Assembly: GCA_018896815.1 (NCBI GenBank)
Contig: JAHILY010000020.1
Span: 1-38,640, forward strand
From: Candidatus Omnitrophota bacterium
Lineage (GTDB): Bacteria > Omnitrophota > Gorgyraeia > Gorgyraeales > Gorgyraeaceae
DNA: 38,640 nucleotides
Direction of reading: 5' to 3'
Positions 13,485 to 21,161 of the stretch are shown in pieces. Made by a program: the position numbers and the translations under genes. The notes under the pieces were generated by a model. It ran no database searches. It saw only the letters and a list, made by a program, of their open reading frames with translations, and was not told where the DNA came from. Every line of letters begins with the position of its first letter. Positions within the stretch are counted from its first letter, which is position 1.

Positions 13485-15665
13485 ATGAGAAAACTGTTAA
13501 ATAAGAAACCAAACAAGAACCCCAACATCCTTTCTCACTTCATAATAGCCACGCTCACCTGTTTGAGCATAGTCACTATAATACAATGGGACAGGGGACT
13601 TTTTAAGGCAGAGTTTCATGAGGGCGACATAGCCCTTAGAGATATCTATGCGCCGTATGATTTTAATATCAGGGGAGAGCTGAACAGTGTTGCCATGGAC
13701 ATGGCAAAGAAAAAGGCGCAGGAAACGGTCTTGCCTATCTATACATATGATGAAGAGATCCAGGCCAGTGTCATAACCAAGGCCAATTCCGTCACTGGTT
13801 CCCTGAAGTCTTTGAAAGATACACCGGACATATCCGAGGATGACCTTTTATCAAAGACAAAAGAATTGGCGCCGCTGTATAACCTTTCAGAGGCGCTCTT
13901 AAGCAGCATTATAAAACTAAAAGACCTTGATAGATTTTTTAATTATTCCAAAGAAACCATAGAACATTTTATGCAGCAGGGCGTGATATCTACTGTTTAT
14001 TATTCAGCGCTAAAAGATCGGGGCGCAGGGACGATCAGGGTCATAGAGAAGGCAAGCGGCAATGAAAAGGTGAGGTTTTCAGAAGACCTTTTTACACTCG
14101 AGGATCTAAAGGAAAAGGTAAAGGCCCTGTCTTATTCCGTTGTTAAGGACAAAAAGGAGAGGGATGTAGTAACAGATTTTGTTAATTCAATCTTGAATGT
14201 AAACCTCATATACGATAAAGAGGCCACAGAGTCAGAGAAGAGGCTTAAGGCTGAAGATGTCCAGCCGATCTACAACATTATAGAGGTCCAGAAGAACGAA
14301 TCAATACTCTCAAAGGGCGAGCGCATAGGAAAAGACCACATTGAAAAACTCAAGGGCATTGAACAGAGCGAGCCATCTGTAATGAAGGCAGGCGGCGTAT
14401 TTGCTGTCCTGATACTCGTCGGTCTTTTCATGCTGCTCACAGTGCTTTACTTAAAATTCTACGAACCCAGCCTTGCTGCAGGGAATAAAGAGCTGGTCAT
14501 CTTGTCATTTATCACCATATTAATACTTATAGCAGCAAAGGTTATTGTTATCTCGCCGTGGCCCAGTAATCTCGTGCCAGTGGCAGTAGGGTCTATGCTT
14601 ATAGCCATCCTTATCAATAGCCGCCTTGCCATAATCACAACATGCTTTTTGAGCATCTTGATCGGCATGATATCAGGCAACCGCCTGGACATAGCAGGCA
14701 TGTCTCTCGTGGGCGGTATTATAGGTGTATTTGCAATGAAGGGCGTGAGGAGGCGTTCGCAGGTCATAACAGCAGGCCTGTGTGTTGGCTTTGCCAATAT
14801 GAGTTATTTGGTTGGCATGGGACTGATAAGGGCATTGGACTTCAATACAGCTATTACTGAATCATTTTTTGGATTTATAAATGGCCTTATCTCAGCAGTT
14901 ATTGTAACAGGGGTATTGCCGATCTTTGAAAACATGTTTAAGGTCACTACAGATATCAGCCTCCTTGAGCTCGCAGACCTGAACCACCCTATCTTAAAAG
15001 AGATGGTCATAAAGGCGCCTGGCACATATCATCACAGTCTTGTGGTGGGGAATCTTGCAGAGGCGGCATGCGAGGCAATCAAGGCAAACCCGCTTCTTGC
15101 CAGGGTGAGCTCATACTTTCATGACATAGGAAAGATTGAGAAGGCATCTTATTTTAGCGAGAACCAGTTAAGCCCTGCGGATTCAGCGCACGACAAACTG
15201 TCTCCTACGATGAGCAGTTTGATTATTACCAGCCATGTAAAGAACGGCGTTGAACTGGCAAAGAAATACAAGCTTAATAGAAATATAATGGATATCATAA
15301 ACCAGCACCACGGCACAGGACTGGTCTTTTACTTTTTTAAGAGGGCGCTTGAGAAGGTCAAGGATGAAGAGGTGGGCGAGCAGTCCTTCAGGTATCCTGG
15401 CCCAAAGCCGCAGACAAAAGAGGCAGCATGCGTGCTTTTGGCTGACTCTGTTGAAGCGGCATCACGTACCTTAGATGACCCTACGTCATCCAGGATAAAG
15501 GGCCTTGTGAGAAAAGTCATAAACAATAAGTTTATAGACGGCCAGTTAGACGAATGCGAGCTTACACTTAGAGACCTTGAGCGGATTTCAGAGGTGTTTA
15601 CGCATATCCTGACTGGAATATTCCATACAAGGGTGGAGTATCCGGAAGAGCCAGAAACAAAATAA
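13485..15665 (+). CDS. pgpH: 7TM-HD (HDIG) membrane phosphohydrolase, PgpH/YqfF type (c-di-AMP phosphodiesterase family)
   Basis: 726 aa. N-terminal TM helix and extracytoplasmic domain, seven clustered TM helices, then the HD domain (GTYHHSLVVGNLAEAA, FHDIGK, INQHHGT). Confidence 0.85.
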   Translation: MRKLLNKKPNKNPNILSHFIIATLTCLSIVTIIQWDRGLFKAEFHEGDIALRDIYAPYDFNIRGELNSVAMDMAKKKAQETVLPIYTYDEEIQASVITKANSVTGSLKSLKDTPDISEDDLLSKTKELAPLYNLSEALLSSIIKLKDLDRFFNYSKETIEHFMQQGVISTVYYSALKDRGAGTIRVIEKASGNEKVRFSEDLFTLEDLKEKVKALSYSVVKDKKERDVVTDFVNSILNVNLIYDKEATESEKRLKAEDVQPIYNIIEVQKNESILSKGERIGKDHIEKLKGIEQSEPSVMKAGGVFAVLILVGLFMLLTVLYLKFYEPSLAAGNKELVILSFITILILIAAKVIVISPWPSNLVPVAVGSMLIAILINSRLAIITTCFLSILIGMISGNRLDIAGMSLVGGIIGVFAMKGVRRRSQVITAGLCVGFANMSYLVGMGLIRALDFNTAITESFFGFINGLISAVIVTGVLPIFENMFKVTTDISLLELADLNHPILKEMVIKAPGTYHHSLVVGNLAEAACEAIKANPLLARVSSYFHDIGKIEKASYFSENQLSPADSAHDKLSPTMSSLIITSHVKNGVELAKKYKLNRNIMDIINQHHGTGLVFYFFKRALEKVKDEEVGEQSFRYPGPKPQTKEAACVLLADSVEAASRTLDDPTSSRIKGLVRKVINNKFIDGQLDECELTLRDLERISEVFTHILTGIFHTRVEYPEEPETK

Positions 15666-15714
15666 ACCACAGAGTAATGTTGGTTTATGGTTTATTGTTT
15701 ATAGTTTATGGTAA
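15664..15714 (+). repeat. Half CACAGAG motif plus GTTTAT tandem block, second copy
   Basis: AAACCACAGAG (15664-15674), then AATGTTGGTTTATGGTTTATTGTTTATAGTTTATGGTAA (15676-15714). The second part is 36 of 39 identical to 2709-2747. Confidence 0.65.
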
Positions 15715-16136
15715 TAGATATACGAGATTTACAAGGCAAGGTAAAGATCGACGAGGCAAAAGTCCGGAGCTGTGCTCAACGCGTGCTGAGAGACATGGGC
15801 GAGGAGAGCGCTGAGTTGAGTATATTATTCGTCAACGATGCCTATATCAAGAGGCTGAACTCCAAATACAGAGACACAGATTCAAAGACAGATGTCCTGG
15901 CATTTTCAATGAGGCAGGGCGAAGGCATTTCGCGGCATAGTGAAATACTGGGGGATGTTGTGATTTCCACGCAGACTGCCAAAAGAGAAGCTGCCAGGAG
16001 AAAAGAACCTATTCAGAAAGAATTAGATCTGTACCTGGTCCATGGAATACTGCATCTATTGGGATACGATGATGAGAAGCCTGGCAATAGGAAAAAGATG
16101 AGGGCAAAAGAGAGGGAGTTATTGGGAGCGATATGA
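15708..16136 (+). CDS. ybeY: rRNA maturation endoribonuclease YbeY
   Basis: 142 aa. Zn-binding motif HGILHLLGYDD. Sits between pgpH and dgkA as in many bacteria. No obvious SD, and the ATG lies inside the GTTTAT repeat. Confidence 0.85.
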   Translation: MVIDIRDLQGKVKIDEAKVRSCAQRVLRDMGEESAELSILFVNDAYIKRLNSKYRDTDSKTDVLAFSMRQGEGISRHSEILGDVVISTQTAKREAARRKEPIQKELDLYLVHGILHLLGYDDEKPGNRKKMRAKERELLGAI

Positions 16137-16834
16137 AGCGACAGAACATAGTCGAGAGCTTTAATTCCGCAATAGAGGGTTTCATCTATGTATTCAGGAC
16201 ACAGCGCAACATGAGGCTGCATTTTATAATCGGGCTCGGCGTAATCTTAATGGGGCTTTTCTTAAACTTTTCCTATCTGGAGCTCATTATTTTGTGCCTT
16301 ACCATAGCGTTTGTCCTGTTTGCTGAGATGTTCAATACAGCGCTTGAGCACACCATAGACATTGTCAAAGAGGGCTTTCATCCACTGGCAAGGATCGTCA
16401 AAGACATCTCGGCAGGAGCAGTGCTCTTAAGCTCGATAGCTGCCATAATCGTTGGCTATACATTGTTTTCTGCCAGGCTCGGCGTCAGGCTCGAGGACAA
16501 TGTAATCAAGATCCAGCAGTCAAGCTGGCACATCACCTTTATAATCCTGCTTGTGATTTTGGCGTTGGTGGTATTGAGCAAGCTCCTTCTTCACAGCGGG
16601 ACTCCTTTAAGAGGCGGCATGCCCAGCGGCCATAGCGCCATAGCATTTTCAATATGGACTATACTGTCGCTTCTCTATCCCAGGAGCCTTGTTGTCTTTC
16701 TTGTCTTTATCCTTGCCTTTTTGGTAGCAAGGAGCAGGATCAGGGATAATGTCCATTCATTCCTTGAGGTCCTTAGCGGCTCAGCCTTAGGCGTCCTGGT
16801 GACACTGTTGATATTTCAGATATTAAGGAGATAA
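16133..16834 (+). CDS. dgkA: Prokaryotic diacylglycerol/undecaprenol kinase (DgkA) fused to a short PAP2-type phosphatase module
   Basis: 233 aa. DAGK_prokar-like N-terminal half (NSAIEGFIYVFRTQRNMRLH, EMFNTALEHTIDIV, VKDISAGAVLLSS). C-terminal half carries PAP2 motifs PSGH and SRIRDNVHSFLE (SRxxxxxHxxx with E in place of D). ATGA start/stop overlap with ybeY. Confidence 0.75.
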   Translation: MKRQNIVESFNSAIEGFIYVFRTQRNMRLHFIIGLGVILMGLFLNFSYLELIILCLTIAFVLFAEMFNTALEHTIDIVKEGFHPLARIVKDISAGAVLLSSIAAIIVGYTLFSARLGVRLEDNVIKIQQSSWHITFIILLVILALVVLSKLLLHSGTPLRGGMPSGHSAIAFSIWTILSLLYPRSLVVFLVFILAFLVARSRIRDNVHSFLEVLSGSALGVLVTLLIFQILRR

Positions 16835-16835
16835 T

Positions 16836-17489
16836 ATGTTTTCAAAGATAAGGGCTAACTTCTTCACCGGGGCATTGATAGTAAGCCCATTGGTGCTTAC
16901 ATACTGGGTAATGTATTTTATTGTAGATAAATTAAATATGCTTCTGTTAGAGCCCTTTGCGGGTGTTTTTAAAAACCTGGTACCTGCTCAGAATATAGAG
17001 TTCTTAACAACATTCCTTACATTTATTTTGCTATTAGTCTTTCTGACTGGCATTGGTTTTGCCGCAAGGATAATAATCCTGAGGAACATATTTGGCTTTG
17101 GCGAAAAGATCCTCTACAGGGTGCCTATGATAAGCACGATTTACAGGACTATAAAGGAGATATCAGTTAGTTTCCTGGTCCAAAAGAATACTATCTTCCA
17201 GAGGGTTGTGCTTGTTGAGTACACGAGGAGAGGGATCTATCAGTTAGGGTTTGTCCTATCAGAGGCAGCAGGAGAGGTACAGAAAAAGACAGAAGGACTT
17301 GTCATCAATGTCTTTATCCCGACCACGCCAAATCCTACATCTGGCATACTGGCAATCGTACCGATAAAAGATACTATTCCTCTGGACATGTCTGTTGCAG
17401 ACGGGATGAAGATGGTCATATCAGGCGGCGCAGTGGTTCCTAAAAACACAGATGGGCACAGATTAAAAGATACAGATGATCGCAGATAA
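16836..17489 (+). CDS. DUF502-family membrane protein
   Basis: 217 aa. Two N-terminal TM helices (IVSPLVLTYWVMYFIV, FILLLVFLTGIGFAARII), then RVPMISTIYRTIKEIS. Starts 1 nt after the dgkA stop. Confidence 0.7.
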   Translation: MFSKIRANFFTGALIVSPLVLTYWVMYFIVDKLNMLLLEPFAGVFKNLVPAQNIEFLTTFLTFILLLVFLTGIGFAARIIILRNIFGFGEKILYRVPMISTIYRTIKEISVSFLVQKNTIFQRVVLVEYTRRGIYQLGFVLSEAAGEVQKKTEGLVINVFIPTTPNPTSGILAIVPIKDTIPLDMSVADGMKMVISGGAVVPKNTDGHRLKDTDDRR

Positions 17490-17512
17490 ATCTATCTGTG
17501 ATCATCTGTAAA

Positions 17513-17550
17513 GCACGAATTCTACACGAAATCTATGATTATCTGTGCAT
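17513..17550 (+). repeat. CACGAA-stutter repeat, copy 1
   Basis: GCACGAATTCTACACGAAATCTATGATTATCTGTGCAT is about 29 of 38 identical to 38081-38118. It follows the hairpin ACAGATGATCGCAGAT / ATCTGTGATCATCTGT (17474-17511), which spans the DUF502 stop. Confidence 0.5.
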
Positions 17551-17569
17551 TAATGAGCGAAGCGAATTA

Positions 17570-18208
17570 ATGACGATACAAAAATCAGACGCAATACTCT
17601 TAAGGAAAAGGGATTTCAGAGAGACGAGTTTAATAGTAATGTTTTTTACAAGGGATTTTGGCAAGGTCAGCGGTGTTTTAAAGGGCGCAAGGGGCAGCAG
17701 GGCAAGGAGCAGCATAAATCCGTTATTCTTCTGTCTTGAGCAGATAGTCTTTTACGAAAAGAAAAAGTCAGACCTCTGTATCATATCTCAGTGTGAAGCC
17801 CAGAAGATCTTTTTAAATATCCTGAAGGATTGGGACCGGGCGTCGGTTGCCTATTACATCCTGGAACTAGTGGATAGGTTTACAGAGCCAGGAGGCGGCG
17901 CTGAAGAGATCTTTGAAGCCCTTCTGAATAGCATGATTGCGCTTGATGGTAAAAAAGAGCCAGGCGCGATAGCAAGGCTCTTTGAGGTGAAGTTTTTAAT
18001 GGCGCTGGGGTTCTGGCCAGGCAGTGACAGCCTGAATCTTACAAAGGGAGCCTTATCCACCCTGGCTTACTTTGAAAAGGACGACTTGCAGCTTACCTCA
18101 AAGATAAAACTGACACGCGATGTGGGTAACGAGATTAAAAAGATTACCGGGAAGATAATAGAGGATAATCTGGACAGGCCATTAAAAACGGCGAGGGTGT
18201 TCAAATGA
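17570..18208 (+). CDS. recO: DNA repair protein RecO
   Basis: Start moved to the ATG at 17570 ([42 protein letters not shown] is a typical RecO N-terminal OB fold). The upstream 24 codons of the track ORF cover an intergenic repeat. Confidence 0.8.
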   Translation: MTIQKSDAILLRKRDFRETSLIVMFFTRDFGKVSGVLKGARGSRARSSINPLFFCLEQIVFYEKKKSDLCIISQCEAQKIFLNILKDWDRASVAYYILELVDRFTEPGGGAEEIFEALLNSMIALDGKKEPGAIARLFEVKFLMALGFWPGSDSLNLTKGALSTLAYFEKDDLQLTSKIKLTRDVGNEIKKITGKIIEDNLDRPLKTARVFK

Positions 18209-19053
18209 AAAAACTGACTTTCGTCCAAGTAATCGACAAGCTTAACGAATTCTGGTCAAGGCAGGGCTGTGTCATAGTCCAGCCCCTTGATACAGAAGTA
18301 GGCGCTGGGACATTTCATCCAGCCACATTTTTTAGATCATTAGACAAGGATCCCTGGAAGGCAGCCTATGTGCAGCCGTCAAGGCGTCCCACAGATGGCA
18401 GGTATGCTGACAATCCTCTGAGGATGCAGTATTACTATCAGTATCAGGTCTTGATCAAACCAAGCCCCAGGGATATAAAAAAGATATATCTGGATAGCTT
18501 AAAGGCCCTGGGCATTGATGTTAAGGGGCATGAGGTGAGGTTTGTAGAGGATGACTGGGAATCACCTACGTTAGGCGCCTCAGGCCTGGGCTGGGAGGTA
18601 TGGCTTGACAGTCTGGAGATAACACAGTTTACATATTTTCAGCAGGTCGGAGGCAAGGAACTGGATTTAATATCCTGCGAAATCACCTATGGCCTTGAGC
18701 GCATATGTATGTTTATCCAAAATAAATTTAATGTCTTTGACCTGGACTGGCAGCATGGCGTTAAGTATGGAGATATGCACATCCGGCACGAGACAGAGTA
18801 TTCTAAATATAACTTTGAAGAAGCAGGCATAGACATGCATCTGAAGATGTTCGAATCCTTTGAAAAAGAGGCGCTAGTGCTTTTGGATAAGGACCTGGCC
18901 TATCCTGCCTATAGTTTTGTATTAAAGGCATCACATGCCTTTAATATCCTTGATGCGCGCGGGGCTGTCAGCCAGAGCGAAAGACCGCGCTACATAGGCA
19001 GGGTCCGCACCCTAGCCAAGAAATGCGCAGAGCTGTATCTGGGCAATCGTTGA
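18205..19053 (+). CDS. glyQ: Glycyl-tRNA synthetase alpha subunit
   Basis: 282 aa. [76 protein letters not shown] overlap with recO. Confidence 0.95.
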   Translation: MKKLTFVQVIDKLNEFWSRQGCVIVQPLDTEVGAGTFHPATFFRSLDKDPWKAAYVQPSRRPTDGRYADNPLRMQYYYQYQVLIKPSPRDIKKIYLDSLKALGIDVKGHEVRFVEDDWESPTLGASGLGWEVWLDSLEITQFTYFQQVGGKELDLISCEITYGLERICMFIQNKFNVFDLDWQHGVKYGDMHIRHETEYSKYNFEEAGIDMHLKMFESFEKEALVLLDKDLAYPAYSFVLKASHAFNILDARGAVSQSERPRYIGRVRTLAKKCAELYLGNR

Positions 19054-19071
19054 ACTTACGCGGAAAATAAA

Positions 19072-21141
19072 ATGAAAGACACTCGGGATTTTTTATTAGA
19101 GATAGCGACCGAAGATATGCCGGCAGGGTATGTGAGGCCTGCGCTGAAAGATCTGGAGCAGTCTTTTTCAAAAGGGCTTGAGGCCTCAGGCATAGGTAAG
19201 TTCTCTCCTGTGTCATTCGGCACAAAGAATCTCTTGATCTGCTATATAAAGGGCCTGCCTGTTGCCCCGGAGGCATCATCAAAAGAAATAGTGGGCCCGC
19301 CTAAAAGAATTGCATTTGACAAAGACAATAACCCTACAAAACAGGCCATTGGCTTTGCGAAAAATCAGGGCGTGGAAACAGGGGATCTGAAGGTCAAAAA
19401 GACCTCAAAGGGCGAGTATATGGTTATACAGAAGAAAGAACAGGGCAGGACGGCCAAAGAGCTCTTGCAGGAAAAAATCCCTGATATTATAAAAGGGATC
19501 CGTTTTCCAAAGACCATGAGATGGGATGATTCTGGCCTTAAGTTTGCAAGGCCCATAGAATCAGTGCTTGCGCTGTTTGGAAAAGAAAGACTGAATATTA
19601 AGATAGGAAATGTCCCCCAGAAAAAAGTAGCCCCTCTATTCCCTTCGCAATACTTGAAAAAGCTGAAAAAAACATGCATGATAGATTGGAAAAAGAGAAA
19701 GAAAAAGATAAAGGATAAGATACTGAAGGCAGTAAAGGGGATCGGCGAAAAAGCCATTGATGAGAATCTCCTGGGAGAGGTAACATTTATGGTTGATTCC
19801 CCGGAAGTATTTGTCGGGGAGTTTGATAAAAAATTTCTCGACTTACCCGGCGGCGTGCTCAAGGCCAGCATGGCAAAGCATCAAAGGATATTTCCTGTTT
19901 CAAAGAACGGCAGGCTCATAAATAAGTTTATAGCTGTTGTGGACGGGAAAAAGAGAAAGAATAATAAGGTGAGAAAAAATTATGAAAAGATTTTAGAGGC
20001 AAAGCTTAAGGATAGCCTGTTTTTTCTCAACGAGGATACAAAAAACCCCCTCTCAGATAATATTTTACAATTAAAAGACTTGATTTTTCACAAGGGATTA
20101 GGTAGTATGTTTGAAAAAATCGAACGCCTGAAAAAACTTTGTTCTTTTATTTGCGATAAGTCAGGCGAGAGTTCTTTGAAAACTGATATAGAAAGGGCAG
20201 CTGAACTTTCAAAGATAGACCTTGTAACTCATATGGTGGGAGAGTTTCCGAGTCTTCAGGGAGTAATGGGCGGAGAGTATGCATTGCGAAGCGGTGAGAA
20301 TAAGAATGTAGCAACAGCAGTAAGAGAACATTACCTGCCCCAGGGCGCGGATGATGGCTTGCCGCAGAGTAAAGCCGGCGCTATCCTTGCTATTAGCGAT
20401 AAGATAGATAATGTGGTTGGTTTTTCAGGAATGGGCGTAGGCATGGAAAAGATTAAGATTAGCGGCAGCTTAGATCCTTTTGGGACAAGAAGGAATGCCT
20501 TCGGAATAATCAGAATTATAAAGGATAAATCATTTAGACTAAATCTCGACGAATTAATCGAAAAGGGAATTGAATTATACGGGGTAAAGATCAAAGTCGA
20601 CACCGTTAAATTTAGAAATCAGATAGTCGATTATGTAAAAGACAGGATTGATTTTTTGATGGGAGACGTAAGGCCGTTGGAACTCAAGAAGGCAGTCCTT
20701 AAAAGCGGATCTTTTGATGTAGCTGATATTTTTAAAAGGCAGGAGGCGCTTGTAGGTATAAAAGAAGAAAGATATTTTCTGGAGGCAGCCAAGGTAGTAG
20801 AGAGGACGGGCAATATACTAAAGGGCGCGAAGAAAGAAAAGATAGGCGAGGTAGAGGAGGGGCTTTTTAAGGAGGGCCCTGAACGCTTAGTCTGGGATGC
20901 ATATTTAAATTCAAAAAATAAAATACAGGATCTTATTAAGAAAGAAAAGTATGACGAGGCAACCAGGGAATATGCCGGCGCATTTTATGAGGTATTGCAT
21001 GATTTCTTTGGAAAGGTGCTTGTGAATACAGAGGATGGGCCGCTGCGTTTGAATCGTCTTGCTATGATGAAGGCGATAAACGCGCTATACACAGAGCGCG
21101 TCGCAGATCTGGCGTTATTGCCGCAAATAGTGGTGAAATAA
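19072..21141 (+). CDS. glyS: Glycyl-tRNA synthetase beta subunit
   Basis: 689 aa directly after glyQ. N-terminus LLEIATEDMPAGYV, and EFPSLQGVMGGEYA. Confidence 0.9.
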   Translation: MKDTRDFLLEIATEDMPAGYVRPALKDLEQSFSKGLEASGIGKFSPVSFGTKNLLICYIKGLPVAPEASSKEIVGPPKRIAFDKDNNPTKQAIGFAKNQGVETGDLKVKKTSKGEYMVIQKKEQGRTAKELLQEKIPDIIKGIRFPKTMRWDDSGLKFARPIESVLALFGKERLNIKIGNVPQKKVAPLFPSQYLKKLKKTCMIDWKKRKKKIKDKILKAVKGIGEKAIDENLLGEVTFMVDSPEVFVGEFDKKFLDLPGGVLKASMAKHQRIFPVSKNGRLINKFIAVVDGKKRKNNKVRKNYEKILEAKLKDSLFFLNEDTKNPLSDNILQLKDLIFHKGLGSMFEKIERLKKLCSFICDKSGESSLKTDIERAAELSKIDLVTHMVGEFPSLQGVMGGEYALRSGENKNVATAVREHYLPQGADDGLPQSKAGAILAISDKIDNVVGFSGMGVGMEKIKISGSLDPFGTRRNAFGIIRIIKDKSFRLNLDELIEKGIELYGVKIKVDTVKFRNQIVDYVKDRIDFLMGDVRPLELKKAVLKSGSFDVADIFKRQEALVGIKEERYFLEAAKVVERTGNILKGAKKEKIGEVEEGLFKEGPERLVWDAYLNSKNKIQDLIKKEKYDEATREYAGAFYEVLHDFFGKVLVNTEDGPLRLNRLAMMKAINALYTERVADLALLPQIVVK

Positions 21142-21161
21142 AATGAGAGGAGTTAAGTAAG

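Noticed and set aside
13241-13504. 87-aa plus-strand ORF between the LysM gene and pgpH
   Set aside because: It is composed of the stacked hairpin repeats, has no SD and overlaps the pgpH start. I read it as non-coding structured DNA or RNA.
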